Numbered from the stretch's first letter, positions 45,619 to 55,737 are shown. The stretch is DNA of 62,578 nt from Elusimicrobiota bacterium (GCA_026388115.1 JAPLKK010000035.1:1-62578); one strand, 5' to 3'. Notes: generated by a model from the letters alone, not told the origin. A program made the numbers and translations.

Positions 45619-47717
45619 GCGCGGAAGCGAGGGAGCGGTCGGCGCTGATCGTGGCGGAGCGCTTGTTGTGGCGCGCGCGCAGGCCGCCTTTGGCGCGTGA
45701 GGCCGAAAAGGCGGTCCGTCGCAGATTGGGGCCCGGCGGTCCGGCGAAGGTGCTGGCTTTCGAGCGCTGGCTCATAGAGCAGGCGCGCGCGGAGGGGGCC
45801 GGTTTGGCTGCCTTGGCGGGCGCCGAGCCGCTGGGAGACGGCGGCGGCGAAGACGCGGAGGCGGCCGCGCTCGCGGCGGCGGACTTGTCGCGGTGGCTCG
45901 CGGACCTGGCTGTGCTGTACGGAGTTTCAACCGAGCCGTCTTGCTGGCGGCCTCGGCTCGCGCTGTCGAGTCCGCAGGCCAAGCCGCCTTCGGACGCCTG
46001 GCGCTTGGGCCCGACGGCGCGGCCGGTGGAGGCGCCTTCCGAGCTGCTACAGCTATTCCTTCAGCGCCTGTTCGGGCTCGAGGACTTCAGGCCCGGCCAA
46101 GCGGAGGCCCTGGAGCGGGTGCTCACGGGTCACGACACCCTGCTCGTGCTCGCGACCGGCGCGGGCAAGTCGCTGGTGTTCCAACTCGCCGGGCTCCTGC
46201 TTCCGGGGACCTGCCTCGTCATCGAGCCGACGATCTCCTTGATCGAGGACCAGCGCGGGCGGCTGGCGCGCCTGGGCGTCACGTCGGCGATCGCGCTGAC
46301 GAGCGAGCCGCGCTCCTTGGAGCGGCGCAGGCGCGACTACGCCGACCTGGCGGCGGGGCGCGCCCATTTCTGCTTTGCCGCGCCCGAGCGTCTTCAGACG
46401 GATTCCTTTCGAGCGGTCTTGCGTCGGGTCGCCGCTGGAGGCGGCCTGAGCCTTGTCGTGGTCGACGAGGCGCATTGCGTGAGCGAGTGGGGGCATGATT
46501 TCCGTCCGAGCTACCTGACGGCGGCGGCGAGCGCCCGCCGCATCGCCGCCGCCGTCGCCCAGGCGCCGGCGCTCTTGGCCGTGACGGCGACCGTGAGCGA
46601 GGACGCCCTTCCCGAGACGCGCCAGGCGCTCGGGCTGGCGCCGGAAGCCCTCGTCGCGCCTCACGGCCTGCGCGTTGCGCGGCCCGAGCTTTCGCTGCGC
46701 GTGCGCGCCTGCGCCGATGCGGACAAGCCGCGAGAGCTGGCGCGCATCATCCGCCGCGGACCGCTGCTGCGTCCCCGCAAGCGCGCGAGCGCCTGCGGCA
46801 TCGTCTTTTGCCCGCACGTGGACGGCCCGTTCGGGGCCCGCACGGTGGCCTCCGAGCTCCGGGCGCGCGGCTGGCCCGCCGAGATCTATCACGGCCGGCC
46901 GCCGCGCGGCCTGGATGCGGACACCTGGGCCGGATGCCGCCGCGAGACGGCGGAGCGGTTCTTGCGCAACAGGTCCACTCTGCTTGCGGCGACCAAGGCT
47001 TTCGGCATCGGCATCGACAAGCCCAATATCCGCTGGACGGTCCATTACGGTCTTCCGGCCGGGCTCGAAGCCTTCGAGCAGGAGTCGGGCCGCGCCGGCC
47101 GCGACGGCCGGCCGGCCGACTGCTGGGTCCTGTGCTCGGTGCGCGACGCCAAGCGTGCCCGGCGGTGGCTCTCGGGTCGCTCGCCCTGCGAAGCGCTGCA
47201 GGGCGAGCTGGAGCGCCTGACCCGCGCGCGGCAAGATGACGTCTCGCGCGCGTTGTCCATGCACCTGGGCGCCTTCCCGGGGGTCGACCGCGAGCTCGAC
47301 GACGCCCTGCAGGTGCTGGCCCGGCTCGGCGACTGGCGCCAGGCCGGCGTCCGGGTCGTCCGCATGCCCTTCCAAAGCCGGCCGCTCGTGGAGAAGGCAT
47401 TGTACCGTTGGTCCTGCCTCGGCGTCGTTTTCGACTACACGGTCCTATGGAGGGAGCAGGCCTTCCTCGTCCGCATGGCGGGGACCGACAAAGCCGGTCT
47501 CGCCCGGCGCCTGGGCGGCTACCTCGAGGGCCTGGGGGCTCATGCGCCCGGGCAGCTCGAGCTCTTCGAGCCTGGGGCGGCGCTACGCGCGCTGCTGGAG
47601 GGCGTGTACTCGGTGATCGAGCGCCGGCGCAGGGCGTCTTTGGCGCGGATGCTGGAGCTGTGCTACTCGAGCGAGGTGTCGTGGCCGGTGACGGCCTTCG
47701 CGACCTGCTCGAAGTAG
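45615..47717 (+). CDS. RecQ-family ATP-dependent DNA helicase, atypical C-terminus
   Basis: 'TGAGKSL', 'DEAHCVSEWGHDFRPSY', 'ATKAFG.GIDKP', 'QESGRAGRDG'. Confidence 0.9.
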   Translation: MSAEARERSALIVAERLLWRARRPPLAREAEKAVRRRLGPGGPAKVLAFERWLIEQARAEGAGLAALAGAEPLGDGGGEDAEAAALAAADLSRWLADLAVLYGVSTEPSCWRPRLALSSPQAKPPSDAWRLGPTARPVEAPSELLQLFLQRLFGLEDFRPGQAEALERVLTGHDTLLVLATGAGKSLVFQLAGLLLPGTCLVIEPTISLIEDQRGRLARLGVTSAIALTSEPRSLERRRRDYADLAAGRAHFCFAAPERLQTDSFRAVLRRVAAGGGLSLVVVDEAHCVSEWGHDFRPSYLTAAASARRIAAAVAQAPALLAVTATVSEDALPETRQALGLAPEALVAPHGLRVARPELSLRVRACADADKPRELARIIRRGPLLRPRKRASACGIVFCPHVDGPFGARTVASELRARGWPAEIYHGRPPRGLDADTWAGCRRETAERFLRNRSTLLAATKAFGIGIDKPNIRWTVHYGLPAGLEAFEQESGRAGRDGRPADCWVLCSVRDAKRARRWLSGRSPCEALQGELERLTRARQDDVSRALSMHLGAFPGVDRELDDALQVLARLGDWRQAGVRVVRMPFQSRPLVEKALYRWSCLGVVFDYTVLWREQAFLVRMAGTDKAGLARRLGGYLEGLGAHAPGQLELFEPGAALRALLEGVYSVIERRRRASLARMLELCYSSEVSWPVTAFATCSK

Positions 47718-50700
47718 GTGTGCATCGCCGCCGTCGGCGGCTTCGCAGGCTTCAGCGGCTCCCAGCCCCAATCGAAGATCATGTCGAAGAACGCCTGGTA
47801 GGCCGCGATCATCGGGTCGTCGACGAAGAAGCTCGCGTTGTCGAAGTTGTTGTTCTCGGCGTTGGGCGTGTAGTTGTACGAGCCGGTCTCCAGCAGGCGC
47901 CCGTCGACGATCATCATCTTGTTGTGCATCTTCTCGAACATCGGGCTGCCGTCTATGTTGGGGCCGGGAACGATGCGCACGTCGAAGCCGTGGTAGGCGA
48001 AGAACTCGTCGAGCTTCATGAGCTTGGACTGGCCTTCGTCGAGGGCGAGCCGGACCTTGATCCCGCGCTCCTTGGCGGCCAACAGCGCGTCCGCGATCGG
48101 CTGGGAGTAGAAGCTGAACATCGCGACGTCGATCGAGAGCTTGGCGGCCTCGATGGCGCGCACCAGGTTCTCCTCGACCATCCCCGCCGGCGATACGGCC
48201 GAGCGGGGGAACTTCTGCCCGTTGAACTCGAGCGCTTGGTCTTCATCCACCGGGGCGTTCCCCGGCTTATGGTTCTTCCAGTCGTAGTTCTTGGCTTTCT
48301 CCACCGGCACCGCCGCGTCCCACAGGTACTGGTGGTACTTCTGGTAGAAGGCGACGCGCTTGGCGTCGTCGGAGAAGAAGATGTTCTCGAAGTGGTAGTT
48401 CTCGGCGGTCACGGACCAGTTGAAGGAGCCGGCCTCGAGGATCTTTCCGTCGAAGACCGCGAACTTGTTGTGCATGACGCCGGTCGAGTGCAGGCCCTTG
48501 ACCGTGCGGACGTCGAAGCCGTCGTCGATGAGCGCCTGGATCTGCTCGCTGCGCTGGCGCGCCGCGCCGGTGTGGTCGAGGCCCGAGGGGAAGACGTGGG
48601 TGAAATCGATGACGATCGAGACCTTCACGCCGCGGCGCTTGGCGTCCTTGAGCGCGTCGAGAAGCTGCGGCTCGGTGAACTCGTAGAGGGCGATCTGGAT
48701 GGTCTGGCGCGCGGCGTGGATCGCCGAGGCGATGATGCCGGCCACCGGGTGCTGGGGCTTGACCGCGTATGCCGGCAGGGTCTCGCCGTTGAAGGGGATC
48801 TTGCGCGCCTCGGGCAGCGGCCCCCATTGCGGCGGGGCCGGCGGAGGCTCGGGAGCCACCTGCAGCTCTTTGATGAGTTCCTCGTCGTCCGGCAGCTTCG
48901 GCTCTTTCGCCGGGTCCGCGACGAAGCCGCCGGAGCGGTTCTTCCAGAGATCGTCGAAGAAGGCCTGGTATGCCTTGGCGTCCGTCTTGTCGGTGGTGAA
49001 GCTGCCGTTCTCGAAGTTGAACTGGACCGCGTTCTTCGTGAAGTTCATGGAGCCGGTCTCGACGAGCTTGCCGTCGAGCACCATGAACTTGTTGTGGTCC
49101 TTCTCCGCCCATTCCGGACCGTTCGGGTCGGGCCCGCCGAGGACGCGCACCTTCACGCCGTTGTAGGCCAGCCAGTCGCGGTAGGGTTTCACCGCGTCGG
49201 AGTCGTTCTGGCTCTGATCCAGGATGACGCGGACCCTCACGCCGCGCTCCTTGGCGCGCAGGAGCGCCTTGGCGATCTTGGTCGAGCGCAGGGTGAACAT
49301 CGTCAGGTCGAGCGTCTCTTGCGCCGCGTCGATCGCCTTGACGATCCAGTCCTCGGAGGCGGGGTTCGGGTTGAAGAAGTAGGTCGGGAGCACGACGGCG
49401 TTGAAGCGCACCGAGGGCCGGTCGTCCTGCGGCGGGACCGGCATCTGCGTCGGCCACTCGTTGGCGCGGGCCTTGGCGAAGGGCACGCTCGCCTGGCGCA
49501 GGTAATCCCAGTATTTCTGGAAGCCCTCGACGTGCTTGGCGTCGTCGGTGAACTTGGCGTTCTCGAAATGGTGGTCTTCCGCGGTCCAGGAATAGTTATA
49601 GGACCCGAACTCGGCCACCTTGCCGTCGAACACCATGAACTTGTTGTGCTGGATGCCGTAGCGGTACATCCCGCGCAAGATCGTCACGTCGAAGCCGCCG
49701 TCCAGCAGCGACTGGATCTCCGTCGAGCGGTGCGGCTTGTATTTGGAATCGTCGCGGGGATTGGGGAAGACGTTGGTGTAGTCGAGGACGATCTTGATCT
49801 CCACGCCGCGGTCGCGCGCCCGGCGCAGCGCCTTGACGATCTCGCGGTCCTTCATCTCATAGGCTGCTATAAGGAGAGACTTCTTCGTCGCGTCGATGGC
49901 CTGGACGATGAGTGGGGAGACCGGCCGGTCCGGCCGCATCGCGACCGAGGGCAGGACGGCGTCGTTGAGGCGGACGTCGCGCGCGGGGTACTGCGGGTCG
50001 GGGGTTTCCTCGCCGTCGTTCGCTCCCGGCTTCGGCTTGGCCTTCTTGTGCCCCGGCTTGGTGCCGATGCCGCCCGGAGTGCGCGCAAAGCTGGCGATCG
50101 TGTTCGGAAGATCGACGGAAAGGGGGTCGAAGCCCTCGCCTTCCAGGCCCGGCATGGCGTCGACGCCGATGCCGCCGGGGTTCTTGATCCGCATCGCGCC
50201 CAAAGAGAGCGGGTTGCCGTCCTCGGCGTCGACGCCCAGCTTGGCGTCGAAATGGTGCTCGGCCTGCGCCCGCGTGTCGTCGGCGCTTGCGAGCGGGTCC
50301 GGCGCGCGGAAGGGGGCCGCCAAGCGGCCGATGCCGGGCAGCGCCGCGGCGGCCTGGCGCACGCCCGCCAGGGCTTGGGCCACCAGCGCCAGCGGGGAAT
50401 TCGCGACGCGGGCGGCTTCGGAACGTTGGGCGGCGCCGGCGGCGAGCGCGGCGGGGGCAGCGGCCGGCTCTGCGGCTGCGGCGACGCGAGAGTTTGTGGC
50501 GGCGGAGCCCGCGATGGAGGCGGGCAAAGCCAGGTTCTGCGCCGCTCCGACAAGGTTGACCGCCTGTACGCTCGGGGAGACCGGAGCCAGCGTCGCGGGG
50601 TTGAGAGGGAGTGCCGTCGCCGCGCCGGGCGCCGCGATCGGAGCCGCGCCCACGGCCGAGACTCCGGCCGCCGGTCCGGCGGTCACCGACTGCGAGACGG

Positions 50701-50779
50701 TCTGCGCGCAGAGAGGGCCGGGCAGGACGATGCACCAGCAAAGCAGTGCGGATAGCCGACGCGCGAGCGGGCTGTCCAT
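47663..50779 (-). CDS. Secreted phospholipase D superfamily (Nuc-like) protein with four HKD domains
   Basis: HNKFMVFD, HNKFMVLD, HNKFAVFD, HNKMMIVD, each followed by GS.N and a (H/N)F(E/D)N motif; signal peptide. Confidence 0.92.
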   Translation of the reverse strand: MDSPLARRLSALLCWCIVLPGPLCAQTVSQSVTAGPAAGVSAVGAAPIAAPGAATALPLNPATLAPVSPSVQAVNLVGAAQNLALPASIAGSAATNSRVAAAAEPAAAPAALAAGAAQRSEAARVANSPLALVAQALAGVRQAAAALPGIGRLAAPFRAPDPLASADDTRAQAEHHFDAKLGVDAEDGNPLSLGAMRIKNPGGIGVDAMPGLEGEGFDPLSVDLPNTIASFARTPGGIGTKPGHKKAKPKPGANDGEETPDPQYPARDVRLNDAVLPSVAMRPDRPVSPLIVQAIDATKKSLLIAAYEMKDREIVKALRRARDRGVEIKIVLDYTNVFPNPRDDSKYKPHRSTEIQSLLDGGFDVTILRGMYRYGIQHNKFMVFDGKVAEFGSYNYSWTAEDHHFENAKFTDDAKHVEGFQKYWDYLRQASVPFAKARANEWPTQMPVPPQDDRPSVRFNAVVLPTYFFNPNPASEDWIVKAIDAAQETLDLTMFTLRSTKIAKALLRAKERGVRVRVILDQSQNDSDAVKPYRDWLAYNGVKVRVLGGPDPNGPEWAEKDHNKFMVLDGKLVETGSMNFTKNAVQFNFENGSFTTDKTDAKAYQAFFDDLWKNRSGGFVADPAKEPKLPDDEELIKELQVAPEPPPAPPQWGPLPEARKIPFNGETLPAYAVKPQHPVAGIIASAIHAARQTIQIALYEFTEPQLLDALKDAKRRGVKVSIVIDFTHVFPSGLDHTGAARQRSEQIQALIDDGFDVRTVKGLHSTGVMHNKFAVFDGKILEAGSFNWSVTAENYHFENIFFSDDAKRVAFYQKYHQYLWDAAVPVEKAKNYDWKNHKPGNAPVDEDQALEFNGQKFPRSAVSPAGMVEENLVRAIEAAKLSIDVAMFSFYSQPIADALLAAKERGIKVRLALDEGQSKLMKLDEFFAYHGFDVRIVPGPNIDGSPMFEKMHNKMMIVDGRLLETGSYNYTPNAENNNFDNASFFVDDPMIAAYQAFFDMIFDWGWEPLKPAKPPTAAMHTYFEQVAKAVTGHDTSLE

Positions 50780-51101
50780 GCTGGCAGTTTAGCTCCGGCC
50801 CCGCGGGCGCTATAGCGGCTTTAGGCCCAAGGAAGGTCAGGCAGGGGACCTAGCTGCTCCTGGGCCTTAGGGCTTTGTTCGCGGGCGAGGCTTTTCTAAA
50901 TAAGGCCGATGGGAGCCGTCGTGCTGCGCGAGATCTTCTCGTGCTCCGCCCTTGCCGGGCCCTTGGCCTTCAACAGACACTAATAGATGACACGCAATAA
51001 CATTCAGCCGATTTAATCTGGACTCGATGCGTGATGCGTTTGTTTCTCCGTACGCGCGCGTACGAGCGCATCGCGTTTTCTCGACGAGAAGATGACGGTG
51101 T

Positions 51102-51130
51102 TTGACAAGGGGGGGTGCCTGCTGTATAAT
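51102..51130 (+). promoter_or_regulatory. Consensus sigma70 promoter of nrdJ
   Basis: TTGACA (51102-51107), 17-nt spacer, TATAAT (51125-51130). Confidence 0.85.
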
Positions 51131-51185
51131 CCGCGCCTCTTCGATTTTTGCGTTTTATCGATTTCTTTTCGCCGAGGTGACGTAG

Positions 51186-53990
51186 ATGGGCCGCCGAGCC
51201 GCCGTTCTGGACCGCCGTTTGCCGTCTTCCGCCATAGGTCTTCGGGTCCCCCGCCGCTTCACCACCAGCCGCCACGGCGCCCTGGACGCCGTCGAATGGG
51301 AGAAGCGTCCCTCGGTCATCGCGGGAGCGGACGGCGTCGACGTCTTCCGCATGGACGAGGTCGAGGTGCCGCGCTTCTGGTCCCAGCTTTCCACCGACAT
51401 CGCGGCCTCGAAGTATCTGCGCAAGACCGGCGTGCCCGCCGGCGGCGCGGAGACCAGCGTCCGCCAGCTTTTCGAGCGCGTGTCCGTCACCATCGCCGAC
51501 GCGGGCGAGAACCTGGGCTACTTCGCCTCCAAGGCCGACGCCCAGGCTTTCGAGGCGGAGCTCGAGTACATGCTCGTGCACCAGATCGGGGCGTTCAACT
51601 CGCCGGTCTTCTTCAACGTCGGGCTCTTCCACCGCTACGGCATCACCGGCACGGGCGGCAACTGGTATTGGGACCCCAAGCGCGAGCAGATCGTCCAGTC
51701 CTCCGACGCCTACTCGCATCCCCAGGCCTCGGCCTGCTTCATCCAATCGCTCGACGACCATCTGACCTCCATCTTCGAGCTCGCCAAGAACGAGGCCCGC
51801 ATCTTTAAGTACGGCTCCGGCTCGGGGACGAACTTCTCGAAGATCCGCTCCCGGCATGAGCGCATCTCCGGCGGCGGCACCGCCTCCGGCCTGATGTTCT
51901 TCCTCGAGGTGCTCGACAAGGGCGCGGGCGCGATCAAGTCGGGCGGCGTGGCGCGGCGCGCCGCGAAGATGGTCGTGCTCGATATGGACCATCCCGAGAT
52001 CGAGGATTTCATCCAGTGGAAGAGCCGCGAGGAGAAGAAGGTCGCGGTCCTCATCGCGGCGGGCTACCCGTCGGATTTCAACGGCGAGGCCTACCGCACC
52101 GTCAGCGGCCAGAACTCGAACAACTCGGTCCGCGTCTCGGACGCCTTCATGCAGGCCGCCTTGACCGGCGGGAAATGGTGGACGCGCGAGCGCACCAGCG
52201 GCAAGCCGGTCAAGGAGTACGACGCGCGCCAGCTCTTGAACGCCGTCAGCCATGCCGCATGGTCCTGCGCGGACCCCGGCGTCCAGTTCGACGACACGAT
52301 CAACGCCTCGCACACCTGCTTGTCCACCGACCGCGTCCGGGCGAGCAACCCTTGCAGCGAGTTCATGTTCCTCGACGACTCGGCCTGCAACCTCGCCTCG
52401 CTCAACCTCGTGAAGTTCATGCAGGCCGACGGCGGCTTCGACGTCGAGGGCTTCCGCCACGCCGCGCGCATCTTCTTCATGGCCCAGGAGATCCTCGTCG
52501 AGTTCGGCTCCTATCCGACCCAGCGCATCGCGCAGAACTCGCACGACTATCGGCCGCTCGGCCTCGGCTACGCGAACCTCGGCACGATGCTCATGATGAG
52601 CGGGCTTCCCTATGACTCGGAGCAGGCCCGCGCGGTCTGCGGCGCGGTCACTGCGATCCTCACCGGGCAAGCCTATAAGGTGAGCGCGGAGCTGGCGCGG
52701 GTGAAGGGCCCGTTCCCGGGACTCGCGAAGAACCGGGACGCGATGCTGGGCGTCATGGCCAAGCATCGGGCGGCGGTGGACAAGATCGACGCCAAGCTGT
52801 GCCCGCCGGCGTTGTTGGAGGCCGCGCGCCGGGACTGGGACTCGGCGATCGAGCAGGGCGGCGTCAACGGATACCGCAACGCCCAGGCGACCGTGCTCGC
52901 GCCGACCGGCACCATCGGCCTCTTGATGGGCTGCGACACTACCGGCATCGAGCCGGAGTTCGCGCTCGTCAAGGTCAAGAAGCTCGCCGGCGGCGGCACG
53001 CTGCGCATCGCCAACGAGTCCGTCGGCGCGGCGCTGACGCGCCTCGGCTACGGGGCCGCGCAGGTGGACGCCGTCCTCAAGCACGTCTCGCGAACGGGCG
53101 CCATCGACGGCGCGCCGGGGCTCAAGACGGAGCATCTGCCGGTGTTCGACTGCGCCAACCCCTCCATGGCCGGCGGCCGCTTCATCGAGCCGATGGGCCA
53201 CGTGCGGATGATGGCCGCCGCCCAGCCGTTCATCTCCGGGGCCATCTCGAAGACGGTGAACCTGCCGCACCAAACGACCGTCCAGGACATCGAGCGCATC
53301 TACGTCGAGTCGTGGAAGCTGGGCTTGAAGGCCGTCTCGGTGTACCGCGACGGGTGCAAGCTCTCTCAGCCGTTGAGCGCGGCCGGCGCCAAGAAGGCGG
53401 CGGCCCCGGCCGTCCCTGCCGGGCCGAAGCGCTCCGAGCGCCAGCACCTGCCGCAGCGGCGCTCGGGATTCACGCAGGAGCTCAAGCTCGGCGGCCAGAA
53501 GTTCTACTTGCGCACCGGGGAGTACGCGGACGGCCGCCTGGGGGAGGTCTTCCTCGACGGCGGAAAGCCGGGGTCGCCCTTGAGGAGCATGCTGTGCGCT
53601 TGGGCCACCACGCTTTCGCTGGCGCTGCAGTACGGAGCGCCGCTCGAGGAGATGCTCGACCGGATCACCTTCATCCGTTTCGAGCCATCGGGGCCGGTCC
53701 AGCATCCTCACGTCAAGCAGGCGAGCTCGATCTTGGACCTGACGGCCCGCATCCTGGCTATCGAGTATCTCGGCCGCAACGACCTCGCGCACGTCAAGCC
53801 CAGCAAGCGCGGCAAGGGCAGGGCCAAGGCCCAGCCGGCGCCCGTGCTCGTCTACGGCAACGTCATCGACGATGAGCTGGGCAAGCTCATGGGCGACGCG
53901 CCCCTGTGCGACACCTGCGGCCACCTCACCGTCCGCAACGGCACTTGCTACAAGTGCATCAACTGCGGCAACTCGATGGGCTGTTCCTGA
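51186..53990 (+). CDS. nrdJ: Vitamin B12-dependent (class II) ribonucleotide reductase with C-terminal TSCPD-like and Zn-ribbon region
   Basis: 'AFNSP', 'SACFI', 'NPCSE...CNLAS', 'RPLGLGYANLG', 'APTGTIG', 'ISKTVN', 'YRDG.K..QPL', terminal C..C...C..C. Confidence 0.96.
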   Translation: MGRRAAVLDRRLPSSAIGLRVPRRFTTSRHGALDAVEWEKRPSVIAGADGVDVFRMDEVEVPRFWSQLSTDIAASKYLRKTGVPAGGAETSVRQLFERVSVTIADAGENLGYFASKADAQAFEAELEYMLVHQIGAFNSPVFFNVGLFHRYGITGTGGNWYWDPKREQIVQSSDAYSHPQASACFIQSLDDHLTSIFELAKNEARIFKYGSGSGTNFSKIRSRHERISGGGTASGLMFFLEVLDKGAGAIKSGGVARRAAKMVVLDMDHPEIEDFIQWKSREEKKVAVLIAAGYPSDFNGEAYRTVSGQNSNNSVRVSDAFMQAALTGGKWWTRERTSGKPVKEYDARQLLNAVSHAAWSCADPGVQFDDTINASHTCLSTDRVRASNPCSEFMFLDDSACNLASLNLVKFMQADGGFDVEGFRHAARIFFMAQEILVEFGSYPTQRIAQNSHDYRPLGLGYANLGTMLMMSGLPYDSEQARAVCGAVTAILTGQAYKVSAELARVKGPFPGLAKNRDAMLGVMAKHRAAVDKIDAKLCPPALLEAARRDWDSAIEQGGVNGYRNAQATVLAPTGTIGLLMGCDTTGIEPEFALVKVKKLAGGGTLRIANESVGAALTRLGYGAAQVDAVLKHVSRTGAIDGAPGLKTEHLPVFDCANPSMAGGRFIEPMGHVRMMAAAQPFISGAISKTVNLPHQTTVQDIERIYVESWKLGLKAVSVYRDGCKLSQPLSAAGAKKAAAPAVPAGPKRSERQHLPQRRSGFTQELKLGGQKFYLRTGEYADGRLGEVFLDGGKPGSPLRSMLCAWATTLSLALQYGAPLEEMLDRITFIRFEPSGPVQHPHVKQASSILDLTARILAIEYLGRNDLAHVKPSKRGKGRAKAQPAPVLVYGNVIDDELGKLMGDAPLCDTCGHLTVRNGTCYKCINCGNSMGCS

Positions 53991-54009
53991 TGGGTCTCCC
54001 TCTCCCGCT

Positions 54010-54513
54010 TTAACGCTGGGCCGCAGGGTGCGCTTTCGCTTTCTTCGCGCTTGCTTTTGGGACCACGGTGGGCGCCACGCCGGCGGCGGCGGCCTTTGCC
54101 CCCTTCGCGGGCACCGCTGCCGCGGGGCAGGTCCGCTCGAATCCATCCATCCGATCCTGCTCGACTTTCAGGAACTGCGCGTACTCCTGCTTGCGCGTCG
54201 CAAGGTATTTTTCGATCTCGGGGGCGCAGCCCTGTCCGCCCAGCCCCTGCAGATGCTTGACCTCCCACTCATACATCGCCCGCTGGTGCATGTAGAACTC
54301 GCCGGCATCCGCCTTCTCCTCGGCGAAGATGCCGCGGATGCTCTCCGCGGTGCAACTGCGGCCGGACGGGTGGCGGTAGGCGGGGATGCCCGGCCTGGCC
54401 GGAGGGACGGGCACGGCGCAGACCACTCTTGCCCCTTGCGCGGGCTCCTGCGCCGCCACGGCGAGTCCGAACAGCGAAAGAGCGACGACCCATAAAGCGA
54501 CTTGATGCCGCAT
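54010..54513 (-). CDS. Secreted hypothetical protein with four Cys
   Basis: GGAGG SD; signal peptide MRHQVALWVVALSLFGLAVAA. Confidence 0.65.
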   Translation of the reverse strand: MRHQVALWVVALSLFGLAVAAQEPAQGARVVCAVPVPPARPGIPAYRHPSGRSCTAESIRGIFAEEKADAGEFYMHQRAMYEWEVKHLQGLGGQGCAPEIEKYLATRKQEYAQFLKVEQDRMDGFERTCPAAAVPAKGAKAAAAGVAPTVVPKASAKKAKAHPAAQR

Positions 54514-54689
54514 GAGGTCCTCCCGGCGCGCCTGCGCCCCGTCTGCCTAGTATTGGCCCGCGGAGGGCCCGGCGCAAGGCGGCAAGACGGCGGTGATACA
54601 ATGAAACGGGAGCCTCGCCTATCGCTACGGGACCCATCGGCTGGGCGGCGGGTCCATGGGGGCGGCTTGGAGTTTGGTAGGATACCGCA

Positions 54690-55313
54690 ATGCATCCGAA
54701 AGGCGCGATCCTCTGTCTTTTCCTTGCGGCCGCGGCCATGTTCTTCGGCGCATGCAGGGGACAGGAGTACTGGCAGTACAGGCTCAACGCTACCCTCCTG
54801 CATCAGCGCTCCGAGTCGGTCCGCCGCTGCGACGATTGCATCAAGTCGGTTCCCATGGAGTTCGGCTCGACCTTCCCGGTCCCGGTGCGCGACGGCAAGG
54901 CGGAGCGTTTTGAAGTCCTGTATTTTCCGGCGAATTTCTCGCCGTCCAGGTGCGTCATGGCCGCGCCGCTCTACGCGGGCCGGTTCGTTCTCGACGCCCC
55001 GACCGCGGACCGTTGCGTCAGCCTTGGCGTCAAGGGTCCGATCGAATCGCTCGGCGACTGCATGCCGCACGGCCTTTCGATGACGCAGGTGAGCCGCGCC
55101 GAGGCGAGGCTGTTCGAGACGTTGGAGCGGCTCGCGCCTCTTTACTTCAAGGGCGGGCCGCCGCAGCCGGGCGAGCGCAAGCTGGCCGACGAGTACATCG
55201 CGGCCCTGCAGGCGCTCCAGACGCCGGCCATCATGCCGTACTACTACCGGCAGAACCCGGACTTCTGGGAATGGCTGCGCAAGGACGGCGGCAGGTCCAT
55301 CCCGAAGCCTTGA
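54690..55313 (+). CDS. Hypothetical lipoprotein
   Basis: Hydrophobic N-terminus ending 'FFGAC'; TGATG overlap with next gene. Confidence 0.65.
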   Translation: MHPKGAILCLFLAAAAMFFGACRGQEYWQYRLNATLLHQRSESVRRCDDCIKSVPMEFGSTFPVPVRDGKAERFEVLYFPANFSPSRCVMAAPLYAGRFVLDAPTADRCVSLGVKGPIESLGDCMPHGLSMTQVSRAEARLFETLERLAPLYFKGGPPQPGERKLADEYIAALQALQTPAIMPYYYRQNPDFWEWLRKDGGRSIPKP

Positions 55314-55732
55314 TGGACGTACAGACCGAACGCCTGACCTTCTCGACCAAAGGCCCGGGCGATCTGGTGGACATCACCGCCGAACTCCACCGCCTGCTGG
55401 AAAAGAGCAAGCTCCACAGCGGCAGCATGACGGTCTTCGGAGTGGGCTCGACGTTGGGCATCACCACCTTCGAGTACGAGCCGGGCCTCATCAAGGACAT
55501 GAGGGAGCTCTATGAGCGGCTCGTTCCCTCGGACCAGAGCTACGCCCACGATGAGACGTGGGGGGACGCCAACGGCTTCAGCCACCTGCGCGCCGCGCTG
55601 CAAGGGCAGTCGCTGACGGTGCCTTTCGACGGCGGACGCCTTCTGTTGGGCGCCTGGCAGCAGGTGGTCGTCGCCGAGTTCGACCACCGGCCTCGCCAGC
55701 GTGAGATCGTAGTGCAGTTGATGGGCAAGTAG
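55313..55732 (+). CDS. yjbQ: YjbQ/UPF0047 family protein
   Basis: 'DIT', 'GST.GITT.EYEPGL..D', 'H..TWGD.NG.SH', 'LG.WQQ....EFD..R.R'. Confidence 0.92.
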   Translation: MDVQTERLTFSTKGPGDLVDITAELHRLLEKSKLHSGSMTVFGVGSTLGITTFEYEPGLIKDMRELYERLVPSDQSYAHDETWGDANGFSHLRAALQGQSLTVPFDGGRLLLGAWQQVVVAEFDHRPRQREIVVQLMGK

Positions 55733-55737
55733 CCCGT

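Noticed and set aside
47408-50755. 1115-aa plus-strand ORF, and similar long ORFs (50970-54146, 36885-39686, 14282-16750, 40793-42859, 24856-27420)
   Set aside because: Antisense shadows of well-supported genes; Arg/Gly/Ala-rich with no motifs, as expected at this GC content.
50970-51185. NrdR box or cobalamin riboswitch before nrdJ
   Set aside because: ACACTAATAGATGACA is a poor match to the NrdR consensus; the 5' UTR from the consensus promoter is about 50 nt, too short for a riboswitch.
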